Shown here in pieces: positions 13,385 to 27,142 of a stretch of DNA of 64,000 nt. The notes under the pieces were generated by a model. The model ran no database searches, was not told the origin of the DNA, and was given only the letters and a program-made list of their open reading frames with translations. How positions within the stretch are numbered: position 1 is the stretch's first letter; each line of letters opens with the position of its first letter. The stretch covers positions 76,634,001 through 76,698,000 of the forward strand of contig NC_087437.1 in NCBI RefSeq assembly GCF_036321535.1, written 5' to 3'. This DNA is from Camelus dromedarius. Taxonomy: Eukaryota. The translations under genes were made by a program, and so were the position numbers.

Positions 13385-13552
13385 CTGGGATGATTTGCAG
13401 AGTAATCCTGCATAGCATGTAATAGTCTATGCATTTTATAGATAAAGTACACTGGGACTCAGAAGCTGTTTAACTTTACAAAGATTTAAATCATAAGATA
13501 TGACTTTGTATTTAAAACCAGGTTTATTAAACTCCAAAGCCAATGCTCTTTT
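13385..13552 (-). mobile_element. MIR SINE
   Basis: cattttatagataaagtacactgggactcagaag...aactccaaagccaatgctctt. Confidence 0.55.
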
Positions 13553-13605
13553 GTTTAATGATTAATCTTCAGTTTAACTTGAAAAGTAATTTGTTGAGAA
13601 TACAC

Positions 13606-13940
13606 TGTGTCTTAGGTTAGGTGAGGATATGCTGTGAGACAAATTATGACATGCAATAACAGTGACATAACATGGAATTATTTATTTGTTGTTCATGGGA
13701 ATTTAGCAGCAGGTCTTAAATGGTTTCAGGAGAAGAGAGTAGGTGGAGGATATATACCCATTCTTAACTTCTCTGACTAGAATTTACATTTAGCAGTTTC
13801 ATTCACATCCTACTAGACAGACTCATCACAGCTCTGAACTAGTAGCAAAGGCAGTTTGGAAATGTTGTCCTCCTGTATTTTTAGAAGGAGAAAAATGAAA
13901 TGGGATTTCATGAACCCAATAGCACTGGTTCTGGCTATGT
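13606..13940 (-). mobile_element. old MLT1 (J/K/L-type) LTR
   Basis: tatgctgtgagacaaa...tttatttgttgttcatg...tcacatcctactagacag...gcaaaggcagtttggaaatgttgtc. Confidence 0.55.
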
Positions 13941-14650
13941 TATATTTCCAGCACTGGTCATGGTGCAGATAATTGAAGGGCTGCTACGTTGTCTTTTATT
14001 TTTTGTGCTTATAGACAAGAAGAGTATAACACAGAGCTTATGTCTTGCTGATAGTAGTGTTCTTTATTTAGACATTTCCAGAAAACTGAAATATAGTAGG
14101 ACGTCAGAATCTTCCTCTTGATTTAGGAGTTCTGCAGTGGCTTTATCATGTTTCTCATGTTCAGCATTTCCTTCCAGTGTCTCTCGCAGAGGCCAGGTAT
14201 CTCTGCTTGTTGCAAGGATGTTGGAACGTACCTGTAGTGATTGTGGATGGTTAGTGTGTGAGGATACTAATATTTTATCACCTACTTGAAGAGCCTCTTA
14301 ATGGGGGTAAATGTTCAGAAAGACACCACTGAAATTTTGAAACATTGTAACAGTGTGAGTTTTATGGTCAACTACCTTCTCTCGATCTCAGTTTATCTAT
14401 ATTAAAAAAGAAGGCAGGCTTCGTCCACAAGGGTTTAAGCTATTTATGACCAAAGATCTGACCTTTCTTCTGAAACTGAATTCACAAATGTAAACAAACT
14501 CAGGCAATGATATCTAGAGCCCTTTAGAAGTGGAGGCTTAGCAGGAGCACTTCTAGTTTTTGTATATCCTTGACTCAAGTGCCCTTTGCTGCTTGCTTGG
14601 GAGCTTGGGGAGACCAAGATGACATTTTGGTGATGCAGCATGACTTAGAC

Positions 14651-14988
14651 CTGTGATTCTCAACCTTTCCAAGTTTAAGACTCCCTTTTAAATGTCAAAC
14701 TTTTCGGAATCCCCAGACACTAATTTTATTTTTTGAATCAGTTGCTAAAGAACTGCAAAATAATGAAGATATCACAGAACAATGAGAATTAACAAAACAA
14801 TGGTATTTCCATTGAACCTAGTAGTAGTTTTAAATGCATTCATGTTTTATTAATTAGAACTACTATATTTAAAAAATAGTTAAATAAATGCAAGGCAGAT
14901 TTACATAGTCAATCAACTATACTTGGTGCAGTATAGACTTGAAGATGCTTTTCAGTAACTCTGAGGACCACCAGTTGGGAGGCATTGA
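14651..14988. mobile_element. hAT-Charlie non-autonomous DNA transposon
   Basis: Degenerate Charlie-type TIRs: ctgtgattctcaacc ... gaccaccagttgggaggcattg. Confidence 0.5.
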
Positions 14989-15319
14989 ATTTGACTGAAG
15001 CATGGGTCACCATGGTGCCAAATGCATTGCTGAGCTTCACAACAGCACTTCATGTTACGTGTATATATTTGACATATACAGATACTTTGAACATTTTAAA
15101 TTATTTGAAAGGAAACACTGGCTTGTGAATATTCCATATATCAATAGAAAATTAGAATGTGTAAAATGTATATGTGTACTTGTGTGTTTGAGTATTTATC
15201 CATTCATTTGCTCTTCTAGGCACTGAAGAAAGTGGTGAACATAAACAGTAAAAGCTAACCCTTATATAGTGGTTAATATCTATAAAATATACCTTTGTTA
15301 TTATGTATTTTAAAGTATA

Positions 15320-15460
15320 TCAGTCCTATTGTTAATTCTATTTTCTAGGTGAAGATACCTGAGACCTAGAGAGGTTAAGCAATGTGCCCAAGACTCTAAT
15401 TCTAATGTTTAGCCCTCAGATCTGTGCTGTTAATACTTAAGCTGCATTGCCTCTCAGAAT
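15320..15460 (-). mobile_element. MIR SINE
   Basis: tgagacctagagaggttaagcaatgtgcccaag. Confidence 0.6.
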
Positions 15461-16427
15461 AGTTACTATCCTCTGTCTCATGGACCTTATATTCCATTGT
15501 GTGAAAAAGAAAATAACCAAGTAGGAAAATAAAAAAAAAACTTAAAATGCATATCACAAGTTCTGTGATAGATTGAGTTCTGGGCACCTATTTTCTATAG
15601 GAGTGTTCTCACTGAAGATGTTGGAGTATTTAAATAAGAATATGTTCTATTTCTCCCTTCTCAACCAGACCGTCGCCACCAAAGCCTCTCTTTTCTCTTT
15701 CAGGAACTAACTGCAAATATAGTGTTTGTGAAGTCCTAATTTGTAGCATCTATAGAATGATTAGATTACTGGCTCAGACATATCTTTCCCATATAGTTTC
15801 ATTATACATTTGTCCCTTTGTATACATAGGTGATCTCTGGGTTGGTCAACACTGCCACAGAAGTCCTAAATTAAAAGTTCTAAGGAGTTGTTTTTCGTTT
15901 GTGATTTTATCGCAAGATTATATTATACTGAATCATTTGCCATTCTTTTGTTTCCATGCACTACTTCTTGCAAGAACTCTGAACATAAATTATGCCAAGA
16001 TGTTGTATTGAAAGAAAATAACATCTAATAAATTTAAGCCAGCAGCATATCATGGTGACCCGCCATCTCAACCATGCTGCCAAGTTCCTTATATTTTGAA
16101 TTGCTTTCGCCTAGTTCCAGCAACTGGCACTTTGAACAGTAAGACCGTGACTGCAATCTTGTTATCCTCATGATTTTCTCTCCTATTAGCTTAATAATCA
16201 ATGTCCAATATTAGCCTTTCTCTTCCTTTCCATATTGGTTTTTTTCTTCTTCAGGAATATTTATTCTGTGCCTATTCTATGACTTCTACCTTGCAAACTT
16301 CAGTGGATATAGTTTTGAGAAGTTCACAATCCTTTATTCTCAGTTATCCTTAATCATAATTTTTAAAAGAGAGAATTAATGTAAAAAATTATGTGTGTGA
16401 ATATGTAACATGTACATGTAATTCCAA

Positions 16428-16722
16428 ATAATAATAATGGTGTTCTTTTATTGAATGCTTATGACATGCCAGCTCCACTCCAAGCTTTTCACTTATATTA
16501 ATCCATTTAATTTTCATAATAACCCAATGAGCTAGGTACTTTATTATGACAACATTTTAGATGAGAAAACTGCTGTATGGGGATTTCAGAAATTTTTTCT
16601 GGGTACCTAGTAAGTAGAGTTGCTGGAAGTCCGGTCCAGACATGTTCACTCTAGAGCTTGTACTTGTTTTCAGTTTGGTGTATACATTTAAAGTGCTCGA
16701 TGCAATCATTAGTTTCTTAATA
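16428..16722 (-). mobile_element. MIR SINE
   Basis: tttattgaatgcttatgacatgccag...cattttagatgagaaaactg. Confidence 0.7.
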
Positions 16723-16734
16723 CACTACTATACC

Positions 16735-17265
16735 ACTGCTTCCTAATTAGTCTTCTAAGACAAAGCCTACAACTTGTTATTTTCCTACTTCAGTCCTTTT
16801 GGTGGTTGCCCCTGCAGATTCTCATGTGGCATTTGACACTCTCCATTAACCAGATGCTGTGATAAACATCTTATTGCTGAAACAGTCACATTGGTTAACC
16901 TGTCTTCTGCATGCTCATTCCCATTTTGTACCAATTTCTGAATGGTCTCCCTTCCACATGAAGTACCTTCTTACCTCTGCACCAATCAGTCCAGCACCTT
17001 AACTTCCTTCAGTGACAGTTTGAGACCCAGGTCTTCCTTTCCTTGCTAAATTTCCACTCCAAGTATAGTTTGAAAACATTCTAGTGTGTTCTAATACACA
17101 CGACACGTTAATTATTTTCTACTTACTTCTGTCTGACTTTTTTAAAACAACCAGACATGATTCTTCACTCAGGGCACATGCTTAGTCTTTTTTTTAAACC
17201 TTCACAGTGACTAGAATATATTTGGTGATGACCAGCTCCTTCTTGATTGACATATTTTTGTAGAA
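16735..17265 (+). mobile_element. L2 fragment
   Basis: Degenerate L2 3' region (ttttcctacttcagtccttttggtggttgcccc...cagggcacatgcttagtc). Confidence 0.45.
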
Positions 17266-19794
17266 TAAGAAATGATAACTTGATTTTAGTCATTTCTTCT
17301 GTGTGGAATGTGTATTTCCAGAGAAAAATCTAAAGATTCCGGTTAAATGCTGTTTCTTTATATAAGTGATAGTTGTAGCATATGCAATACTATATGATAT
17401 AAATTATTCCCCAGGATTTTAAAATGTCCTGAGCTTTGATTACAACACAGTATAAATGAAAGTGCTCCCCTGACTTACTGGTTTTACTTGGAGGCTTCCT
17501 AAACATATGTGTGGTTTGATCTTGTCGCCCTTGTAACAGGTAGGATAGAGACAGCAGAAGAGGCAAGTGGGGGTTGCACAGGATGCTGTTTCCCCAGTGA
17601 CCTCCCGGTTTCTTTCACCTTTGATTCTGTGGAGGGGACGCCTAGGGCAGGTGTTGGGACATGCTCTTATCACTATTCAGAATTCGAAGTGAGTGAGCAG
17701 GCTTTTGATATGGCGCTCTTGGCATTCTTGCTTTTTTTCATTGGATGAACCTTCTCTGTTTCACATTTGTGCCTTTATAAATTACAGTTTAAAGTATCTA
17801 CCAACAGACACAGCATAAGTAGGTATATACAAGCCCCTAATAAATAATTATAGTATATAGTATGTCACTGAAAGGCTGACTTTCTTTCTGATGTAACTCA
17901 TAATGAACTAGTGACTAAATGTAATAAAGGATTGGATTGTAAGGAATTCAACCATACTTTTGCTTGTTGTCCCTAAGCATTCATACCAATTCTTGTTGCT
18001 CATATATTTTTTGCAAATATATTGGCAAATGGCAATCATCGTATTTCATAGGTGAAACTGCGCGTCAATACATACTTTAATTTGCAATATTTCATTCCTA
18101 TAGACTACAGAGAAGTTGACATTCCATTATAGACAGTGTTTTAGAGCATTAACAGAACCATAATAATTGGCCACCAAACAAAATCTGCAGTGCTAGGTCT
18201 AACCTTGGGGCAGTTTTTAAGCAATTACTGTTACAAAGTCAAACCACTTTGGAATATTTATTTTACAAAGTACTGTATACTGAAATAGACCAGGGAAATA
18301 TGACTTTGTTTTCAATAAGTTTTAAAAAGATTTCTAGCTTTGGGGCTTGAAAACACACTTTCTTTTAAATGTAAAGGATTCATAACTCACCATCAAAATA
18401 AAGGCATTTAGAACCTACCAGCTTTAACACATAAATATCCTATACATATTTTAAGCTTATACACTTAAGGATAATTACTCTATTTGAATACAGCTTTAGT
18501 GAATTCATAAAAAAGACTTGGGTTATGCTGTTGTATAGAAGATTAAGAAGTATTTTTAAGAAAGCTCTAATAAATGGCTTTTGGGCAATATGAATATTCA
18601 GAATTGTGCCAAATATGCAACAAAATGTATCTGAAATATTCGGTAGTGTATACAATAGGGATGTATTATTCTGCAAGAAAGGAAATAAATCTTATTGAAT
18701 ATTTTAGAGCAGTATGTATTTTTGCAAATTATTTTACATTCATTGCATTTGTTTTTCTTCAAGCACAGTGGCTGGAAATGGTGTTACCTGTTTTAAGTTG
18801 GAAGGAATAGAAAGAGGAATAGAAAGGTATATACATAGATGGAATCACAGCCTCTTAGGTGAAGATAGCTCCACACAACAAAACCTTCTCCCCTTGCTCA
18901 TTTACTGTTACTTTACTTAGAGGAGCTCATGTGTGTTGTCAGAATTCCTATGTTCTTTGACAGCATTTTATCTCCCTGGACCTCCATGGAGCCGAAACTG
19001 TAAGACTGTTTACTATCAGAGAGCTGAATGTACCCTGGGGAACAGAGAGAATTGGGAGAGATCATGGAGTTGGAGGTCTCCAAATTGGTGGCTGAGTCTG
19101 AGTTGAATTTCACATTAGTGCAGAGAGGAAGGTTGTCAAACTAACCAGAACCAGGGTTTTTTGAGTATTTGAATCTCCTACTTAGCACTGCCACTTGCTT
19201 GGCTACCTTACAGCACAGACCCATTTCATTAGCGTGGCGTGTGTGAGAGCTTCACTAGACATTGATTATGCCCCTTCAGAGGGGATCATTACCTGTGACA
19301 GAGAACATCAGGTAATCAGGTGGCAGTGGTGTGTGCATAATCCCTGAGCAGCACTAGATAGATGTAGACCTAGAGTTTTATTATCATTATTACTATTCGT
19401 TACAGTTAAGCTTGCCAAGTCCTGGGCATTTATTTTTATGACTTCTCAATTACAAAGGTTGTATTTTTAGATAATGTCACATTCAAGGCCGAAAAGAAGG
19501 AATTTCTAAATTCAATGTTAAATTTAGCATTAAATTTGAATTTAATGTGTGAATGTCTAAACAACAGAATTTCTCAAAACAGTGCAAAGACTCCATACCT
19601 GAGTTTTAATGTTAAAATGCTTCTTAAAGACTGGCCTCAGTTTACTGATGTCTTTTTTCTGTTTCTATTAGCCATTACGGGCCATTATGAAAAATAATAA
19701 TACTCATGCATTCCTATTTCATACATGTGCTGCTAATGGTTGATGTAAGTTTCAGGGGCACTGACTTTTGTGAATTATTCCTTTGTTAATGTTC

Positions 19795-20068
19795 CAGATG
19801 GTAGTTTAAGAACATAGGTTTTGGGGATGTGTTGCCTAGGTTCACATTCCAGCTGTAACACTCAGTGACCTTGGGCAGTTTAACCTCCTGTGCCAGTTTT
19901 CTCATCTGTAAAATGGGAATAATAATATAATAATAGTACCTATTTCATAGAGTTGTTATGAAGATTACATTGTATCTATCTATCTATATATATATGTATT
20001 AGAACAGTTAAAACAGTGTCTGGCACAAATTAAGTCCTATATATAAGCATTAGCCATTATGATTATTG
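19795..20068 (+). mobile_element. MIR SINE (near full length)
   Basis: gtgaccttgggcag...cagttttctcatctgtaaaatgggaataata...acctatttcatagagttgttatgaagatta...acagtgtctggcac. Confidence 0.85.
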
Positions 20069-20164
20069 AATGACTTCTCTCAAAGTTGCCACGTCCTCAG
20101 ATTTTGATAATGATAGAAATTCTCTCAATTTGAATGTCTGTTTTGTATTGGGTTTCCTACTGAA

Positions 20165-20175
20165 ATACATACATA

Positions 20176-20207
<32 letters not shown>

Positions 20208-20261
20208 CACACACATACATATATACACACACACATACATATACACATTTACACACACACA
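20165..20261. repeat. compound (TA)n/(CA)n/(TACA)n microsatellite
   Basis: Directly visible. Confidence 0.95.
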
Positions 20262-20914
20262 TCCCTATACTTGAAAGAGCCTGTAAACAGAGGTGACAGT
20301 TTACTGGTAGATTTTATTTTTAGAATTTAAGAGTATTGTCCTTATGTAGAAAGCAAAGAAAAAAGAAAAAAAGGCATTGATTTCTGTAAAAAAATAGACA
20401 TAGTTTGATAGTGAAGTAGAGAAAGTAATTTTTGAGTATTGAAAAAGGGTAGTTAAATTCAACTAAACTAAGATGTGTCTGTTATTGAGAAGTATAAATG
20501 TGCTAAGAATGTTGTCAGGGTTGGGAGGAAGATAGAAATGTGGAATTTATTGGAAAAATATTGAGGATGTGGCTTACAAATTTAAGGATGACACTTTACA
20601 CACACAGAGGAATATAATATAGAACTTCAGATCAGATATAAGAAAGGAGTAGAGGGAAGGAAAGAATAAGAAAACTTCAGTTCAACAGTAGGCAGGAAAA
20701 ATAATAAAAGAAGAGCAACAAAAAAGAAAGTCCAGAATACTCAGAAAAAAACTATGGTAGAAATAAAACCAATTATATTCAAACTAAAAGATCCAGTGAG
20801 AATAGTTTTTAGTTTGTTAGATTAATAACTATACGGAATTTAAATATATGGAATTTAAATTCAAATTCCTATACTATAGAGCTTCCCAACATGAATTGGT
20901 TTCTGATTTCTTCA

Positions 20915-21375
20915 GCCAATAAGTGAAGATAACTGAGATGCCTATCAATTGATGAATGTATAAACAAAATATAGTATATCTGTAAAATGAAGTAGTATTC
21001 GGTAACAAAAAAGAAGAAAGTACCAATATGTGCAATACTGTGAGAGAACATCAAAAATATTATGCTAAGTCAAAGAAGACATCCACAAAAGACCACATAT
21101 TGGATGATTCCATTTACATGAAATTTCCATCATACAGTACTCTATAGAGACAGAAAGTAGATTAGCAGTTGTCTAGACCCAGGTAGCTGAGGGGAGGGTA
21201 GGGGGTGAATGCTAATGAGTTTGAGCGTTCTTTTTGGCATGATAAAATATTTTAAAAGTTACATTATGGCAATGGTTACACAATTCTATACTGTACTAAA
21301 GATCATTGAACTAAGCACTTTAAATAGATGAACTTTATGGTATGCACATTATATCTCAATAAAGCTGTTAAAAAT
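20915..21375 (+). mobile_element. L1MB7/8-type 3' end
   Basis: gaccacatattggatgattccatttacatgaaat...atagagacagaaagtagattag...atatctcaataaagctgttaaaa. Confidence 0.8.
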
Positions 21376-21379
21376 ACAT

Positions 21380-23150
21380 TAGTGAAAAAAGGAACCAATA
21401 TAATTTACTATACTAACAAAATATTAAATAATTTCATAATCATCTCAATAGTTTCTAAAAAACCATTTAATAAAGTACATCTATTTATAAACCATATATT
21501 TAAAAAAATCCCACAGCAGTCATCAACTTAATGGTAAAATTTTGAAAGTTTGTCCCTTCCAAATGATAAGAGCACAAAGATGCCTGTTAACATACTGAAG
21601 TGAAACAAGGCAAAAGTATACAAAATAGGTATGTAAAAAAAGGAATAAAACTTTTATTATTTGCAAATTATTATTTATGTGGAAAATCCCTAAGATAAAT
21701 GACTGGAATTCATAAATGAGTATACCAAAGTTGCTAGATTTAAGTTTAATGAAAAACAATAGGGTATTAATGTACACAAGTAACACACATGTGGAAAACA
21801 AGACAGTAAAATAGTTATTACTTATATTAGCATCTCAAAAATATCAAATGCTCAGGAATAAATTTTAAAATGGGTAAGATCATTACATAGAAAATTACAG
21901 AGCTCTGTAAGAAAAAGAACTGGGAGTAATTAAAGAAGCAAGAAATAAGCAGAGGAATAGATCATGTTTATATATCTTTAGTCTCAGTATTTTAAAATTT
22001 TCTGTTCTTTGCCAGTGGCTTGTAGATGTAGTGCAAACCCAATCAAAATCTCAACAGATTTTCTTTGGAAATGACAAATTGATCTTACAAGTTACATGGG
22101 AATACAGAGTGCTAGTACAAGTCAGGCACTCTTGATGAAAACAAGTGTCAAGGTTTGCTCTACCAGGAATTAAAGTGTATTGCTATACTAATAGCAAAGT
22201 GTGGCATTGGAACGAGGTTGGCAAATGGACGTGAAGAAGACGAGAGCTCAGAATTAGAGTTCTGTCTGGGAGGACACTTGATTTAAGAGTGAGGGCACTG
22301 CACAATGCAGTGGAGAAAGAACTATCTTTTCAATAGATGGTGCTGGTTCAAATGCATTCTATTTGTAAAAAAAAGAAAAAAGTGAAATGACCCACCTCAC
22401 ATGACATACAAATTGAGAAGCAAATCAATAAAGTTTCCAGAAATTAATATAGTAGAATAATTCATGACCCTAGGGAAGGGAAAGATATGTTATATTGGAC
22501 ACACACTAACCATTAAGGAAAGATTAATAAGCTGGACTATATTAACTTTAAAAACATGCTTAATCAAAAGACAGTATTAAGAAAGTGAAAAGGAAAGCCA
22601 CAGAGTGAAAGCATTAAATATATCTAACTAACAATGAATGCATAGCAAGAATAAAAAAAAATTCTACAAATCAATAAGGAAAAGGGAACCTAAAATAAAA
22701 ATAGGCAATGATTTGAACAGGAAGGTCACAAAAGAGAATATCTGAATGACTAAATGAACACATTAAAAGGAAGTCAATCTCATTGGTGATGAGGGAAAAA
22801 CAAGCTATGTATTACTGCACATTCATCAGAATGACTGATAATAATAATGACATCATTATTCATTATAGTCCTAAACTGGGAAAACATAGATCTCCACCCA
22901 GCAGTAGTATAGATAAGTAAGTGTGTTATAGTCACACAATGAAATACTTTGTGAGAATGAAATGAAAGAACTACCAACACAGTCCACAACAGGGATGAAT
23001 TTCTCAATTATAATAATTGGGGGGAAGTCAAATACAAAAATGTATATACCGTGTAATTTCATTGATAATTCACTGAGCTGTACATTTATTTTTTTTTTGC
23101 ATTTTTCATTTTGTGCATTACATATCATAATACAACAGTTTTAAAAAATG
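21380..23150 (+). mobile_element. old L1 (L1ME-type) ORF2/3' region
   Basis: A-rich degenerate ORF2 motifs (caaacccaatcaaaatctcaacag, ttttcaatagatggtgctgg, tcaaaagacagtattaagaaagtgaaaagg). Confidence 0.75.
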
Positions 23151-24149
23151 AATAACTATACTGGCCACAATCATGTATCTTTTATAGTGTATGGTGAGTT
23201 TGCATATCTAACTGTGTAAGAGCCCTCCAACTAAAATACAGACCCAAAGTACAGTAACCAAAATTACACAATGAAATTTTATGTGTGTATACCTATGAAT
23301 ATTTTATGTATTTTTCTGTACTTTTAAAAATTGAAGTCTAGCCCATGAATATTTAAAATTTTAATGTTGCCTCTTGTTCCACAAGTCTTAATGCCAAATC
23401 TGTCTACTTTTCTCTTTTAACCAGTCTAAGATTTAAACAGGCATTGTTAGAATGGCTGGTTCACACCAAGCCATTGAAGAGTCCGCTGTTGAGAAGGGAG
23501 CTTAGGCTTTTTAGCAGACAACAGCACAACCAAGGTGGTTTTTCTCCTGTGCCAGTGAGACTGGCACCATGTCAGTGGTTCTAGCCCTCCAAAAAGGACC
23601 TTAAGAGTAAATTTAGTCAAGGTTGTTTGTCACTAGCCCTTCTGAAAACTGTTGAACCTTAGAAATATTCTGCATATTCATTGATGATCACTTTGGCAGA
23701 CAGGACTTTTGAGACAATCATGCAGATGAATGAATATCTTCCAGTGACATTTTTTGGCACAGTGCACTGTCCATTAAATTATAAATAAAGGCATCCTGGA
23801 AACAGTTGCACAGTTTTTCTAGACCCTGGCTATTCTGTTATCCTAAAGGTCTGAGCATGATATATTCACGCTAATCATTCGTCTCTTGGAAAACATTCCC
23901 TTCCTGCCCCTGTGCATTTATTGCTGACAGCACATTTGCAGAAATGTTTAGGTGGATCTAGGTTACTGTTTTGTTTTTTTTTTCCGTATTCTTTGATCTT
24001 TTTGGCCCTTTTTAGCAAGAAATGAGATTTTGGATGGTGAAGAGTAGTTTATAATTTGGAGGATATTATGTGAATTTAGTTAAGCTCGAGATAAAAATTC
24101 TTTGCGTTGCAGTGGTAATGCTAATCTACTAACAATGAATTTATATGCA

Positions 24150-24342
24150 TTAAATATTTAAGCCAGATATAAAAATGAGCTTTTGGACAGTTGAAAAAAT
24201 ACTGGAATGGGTTATCACAAAACAGGGAAATGTTTTTTACTTGAAAGTCTTAGGAAATAGGATTTAGTCTCATCTACCTGGGATAATATAAATGGAACAC
24301 AGGCTAGAAGACCTGAAAATGGTTTCTTCTAAGCACTTTGAC
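24150..24342 (+). mobile_element. CR1/L3 3' fragment
   Basis: tactggaatgggttat...cttgaaagtctt...catctacctgggat...ctagaagacctg. Confidence 0.5.
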
Positions 24343-24494
24343 TTATCTTTCTTGGGGATGAGGGCTTACAGATGACTTTAGACAAATTTGGGGCAATTTA
24401 TTTCTGGATTATAATGTTTTACCATTTGTCATTAGCACTAAGATGAAGATAAATTTGTGACTCTCAGAAAACCGTTACAGCTCATTACTTTAAG

Positions 24495-24660
24495 CCAGTG
24501 TTTTCCATATATTCCTGATGACAAATTTTAATCTGAGTGCTTGTGAAAAAAAGTTTGTCTGGGTGCCTCCTGAATCTGAATCTACAGAGGAAGCCCTGGG
24601 AATTATTATTTGTGTAACAAGCAACTCAGGAGATTCTTATGTTTGAGCATGTGATTTATA
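24495..24660. mobile_element. MER5-like MITE
   Basis: cagtgttttcca...gtgcttgtgaaaa...tgaatctgaatct...ccctgggaat...taacaagcaactcaggagattctt. Confidence 0.6.
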
Positions 24661-24804
24661 ATTGAATCTTCAGATTGGAATATGAAGAACATTGAGGAAA
24701 TAATAACTGTTCATCTCTATATGAAAAAGCTATGGGTTAGAAAGAGGTAGTTACACACAAAAGCAAAAATAAATTTGAAAATTTTATTATAATTTCACTT
24801 AACA

Positions 24805-25090
24805 GTAGTTAATAACATGTAGTTTCTTTGATATTGAGGGCCTACATACTTGGCAAATGACTTTTAGAAGATTTTACTGTGTATAAAAAATAAAATCAGA
24901 TATATGCACCCACTTAGTCTTCACAAAACCTTGTGATGTTTGTATTACTATGATAAATCTCAGTTTCTAAATGTTAGTAGAAGATCACAAAGATTAGATA
25001 GCTTGATCTAGTATCTCTTGCAAAGTTAAATCACACTAATTTTAGAACAATTCATTTTGAAATTGCTTTTCTCTTCTTGACTCTGCAAGG
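24805..25090 (-). mobile_element. MIR SINE (degenerate)
   Basis: tattgagggcctacatacttggca...ttagtcttcacaaaaccttgtga. Confidence 0.5.
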
Positions 25091-26978
25091 CGCTAAGGTT
25101 CCAAATGCCAGAGGTTGCATTTTTCCTATCAGACTCCTTTTCATGGAGTAGCCTAAAGAAGGTCTGCTGAAATAAAAGCCCTCTACCTGAAGTGAAATAT
25201 TCCCACCATGATTTTTAGAACAAGAAGTTTTTGAAACTGTCACTTTTATACTAGAATGTGGTGGTGATATAATTCTACCCAGAGTTCTCTAAGAAATTGT
25301 TTGTTTTTGTCTTCTAGGTAGAGCAGATATTCTTTTCTATGTTATTATTTTATTTTAAGGCCCAAAGTGCACCCAGATTCTCTTTAGACAGCTAAAGGTG
25401 GCAGCACGTGAATCACACAGTAAAGCTTATCTTTCTATTAGCTGTTCTGTCAGTCAGCGTTAAATCATTGCTAGGGCAGACGCAAGATTTTGGTATAGTA
25501 AAGAAAAACAAGGAAGTGCTGCAGCAGGTTCCCTAGCAGAGACTCTCCTCTTTTAAAAGGAACACACGATAAAAATTTATCAAGTATTCAGATAAATTCA
25601 TCACCATTAAAGAGAGACAAAAAAGATGATAAACAGAAGAACTGAAACCCAAAGAAACAGAGTTGTTAGAACAAGGAGTAAAGGATTTCTTTTTGCACAG
25701 GATTTTTAAAAAACTATTTATTTTAGCAAGAGGATATTGCAATAAATTAGCAATTTATTTTAGCAAGAGGATATTGATACCTAAAACTTAATCAGTTATT
25801 TTACATTGATAATAAAAATTGGTCAATCACAGAACAGCAAAATAGAGGAACTAAGCAGAACAGAATGGTCCCTGAAGCAGGGTGAATTTATACAGTAAAA
25901 ACAAAACAAAACAACAACAGAAAAAAAAAACCTGAAGAATTCTTAGAGAATTCAAAACAAAAAAAAGAGATGAAAAGTATGAAGGGTAAGGTAATCTCCT
26001 GTTTCAAACTTCATATACTAAACGATTCAGAACAAGAGAGTGGAGAAGAAGTAATAAGTAATATTAAATGAAAGAACTGTTAAAATTTTCTGAGAATTGG
26101 GGAACACTGTGTCTTCAGATTGAAAGCTCATATCCCCTGGGAGCACTGAGTAGGACTTGGAGAAAGCTCTCAGAGCACCATCCATCCTGATGAAGTTTAG
26201 AGCACCAAGGACAGAGACAAACCCATAAAAGCTTCCAGAGAAGGAGACTAAGAGATTGTTTACTAGGAAATGATGGTCAAGATGAAATTAGATTCACCTC
26301 AGAATTCACTAGATTAACTAGATGCAAGAAAATAAGAGACAAGTCCACTTTAAGGTAAGTAACTTTAAATGTATAATTCCTTATCTGGTCATCTGCTAGA
26401 GAACTAGGGTTGTTTTGTATACAGAATGATTCAGAAAATGTATCACTTATAGACAGAAGTTGAATTACTGCTGGATGTTCTCCAGCAAGAAGCCAGATAT
26501 GGATCCAAGAGGAAGAAGATGGATACCAAAGCACTGATAAGCAACTAAATTAGTCAGAACTATTGTAAATTCTAAATAAGAGTTGACTGTAATTATTTTT
26601 TCAAAAATTAATTATTTATAATTAAAAATTTCCAGGTGGTATCAACATGGCAAATGATGGTAAATAAAAGCATAAATATGCTACCATCAGTCTTGGCTTT
26701 TAGTGAAGAAATGATAGGTACACAGTTTAATGCCATCCATTGTTAGGAACAATAGAGTTGCAATTCATTATAAAGGAGTAGTTTAAAAGTTAAAGTTACT
26801 ACTAGAAGAAGAAAAATCAATGTTTAAGTTTCAATCATTAATAAAACTACAAGAAACAAAGAAAAGCTGATTGATTCAATATAAGGCAAGAAAGAGGGAG
26901 TACAAATATTTAAAAACCTGATAAAGAGAAAATATGTAGGTTCACGCAAAAAAACATATAAATATAGATGCACAATTT

Positions 26979-27142
26979 TATTTCATTATTTTTGTTGTTG
27001 TTGAGTAAAGGTAGATTTATTCAAAGAGATACATTGAAAGGCAAGAGAAAGGCCACGAGGTGTTGGGGTCGGGTGCTCGGATTAAAAGTAGGTACACATT
27101 CCATAGAATGTGAGCCATCTCCGAAGAGGGAGAGAGAGAGAG
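26979..27142 (-). mobile_element. poly(A)-tailed retrocopy of an ERV LTR R region (monomer)
   Basis: Minus strand: (CT)n...ctatggaatgtgtacctac...gAATAAAtctacctttactca followed by an A-rich tail. It interrupts contiguous L1 sequence and has a 5-bp aattt duplication. About 7 mismatches in 106 nt versus 31680-31785. Confidence 0.75.

Noticed and set aside
18913..19113. Ser-rich 66-aa minus-strand ORF
   Set aside because: GTG start, no convincing splice boundaries on that strand, no recognised homolog.
23549..23770. Small hairpin gtgccagt-gag-actggcac and palindrome acagtgcactgt
   Set aside because: Stems are too short for a pre-miRNA and are expected by chance in 64 kb.
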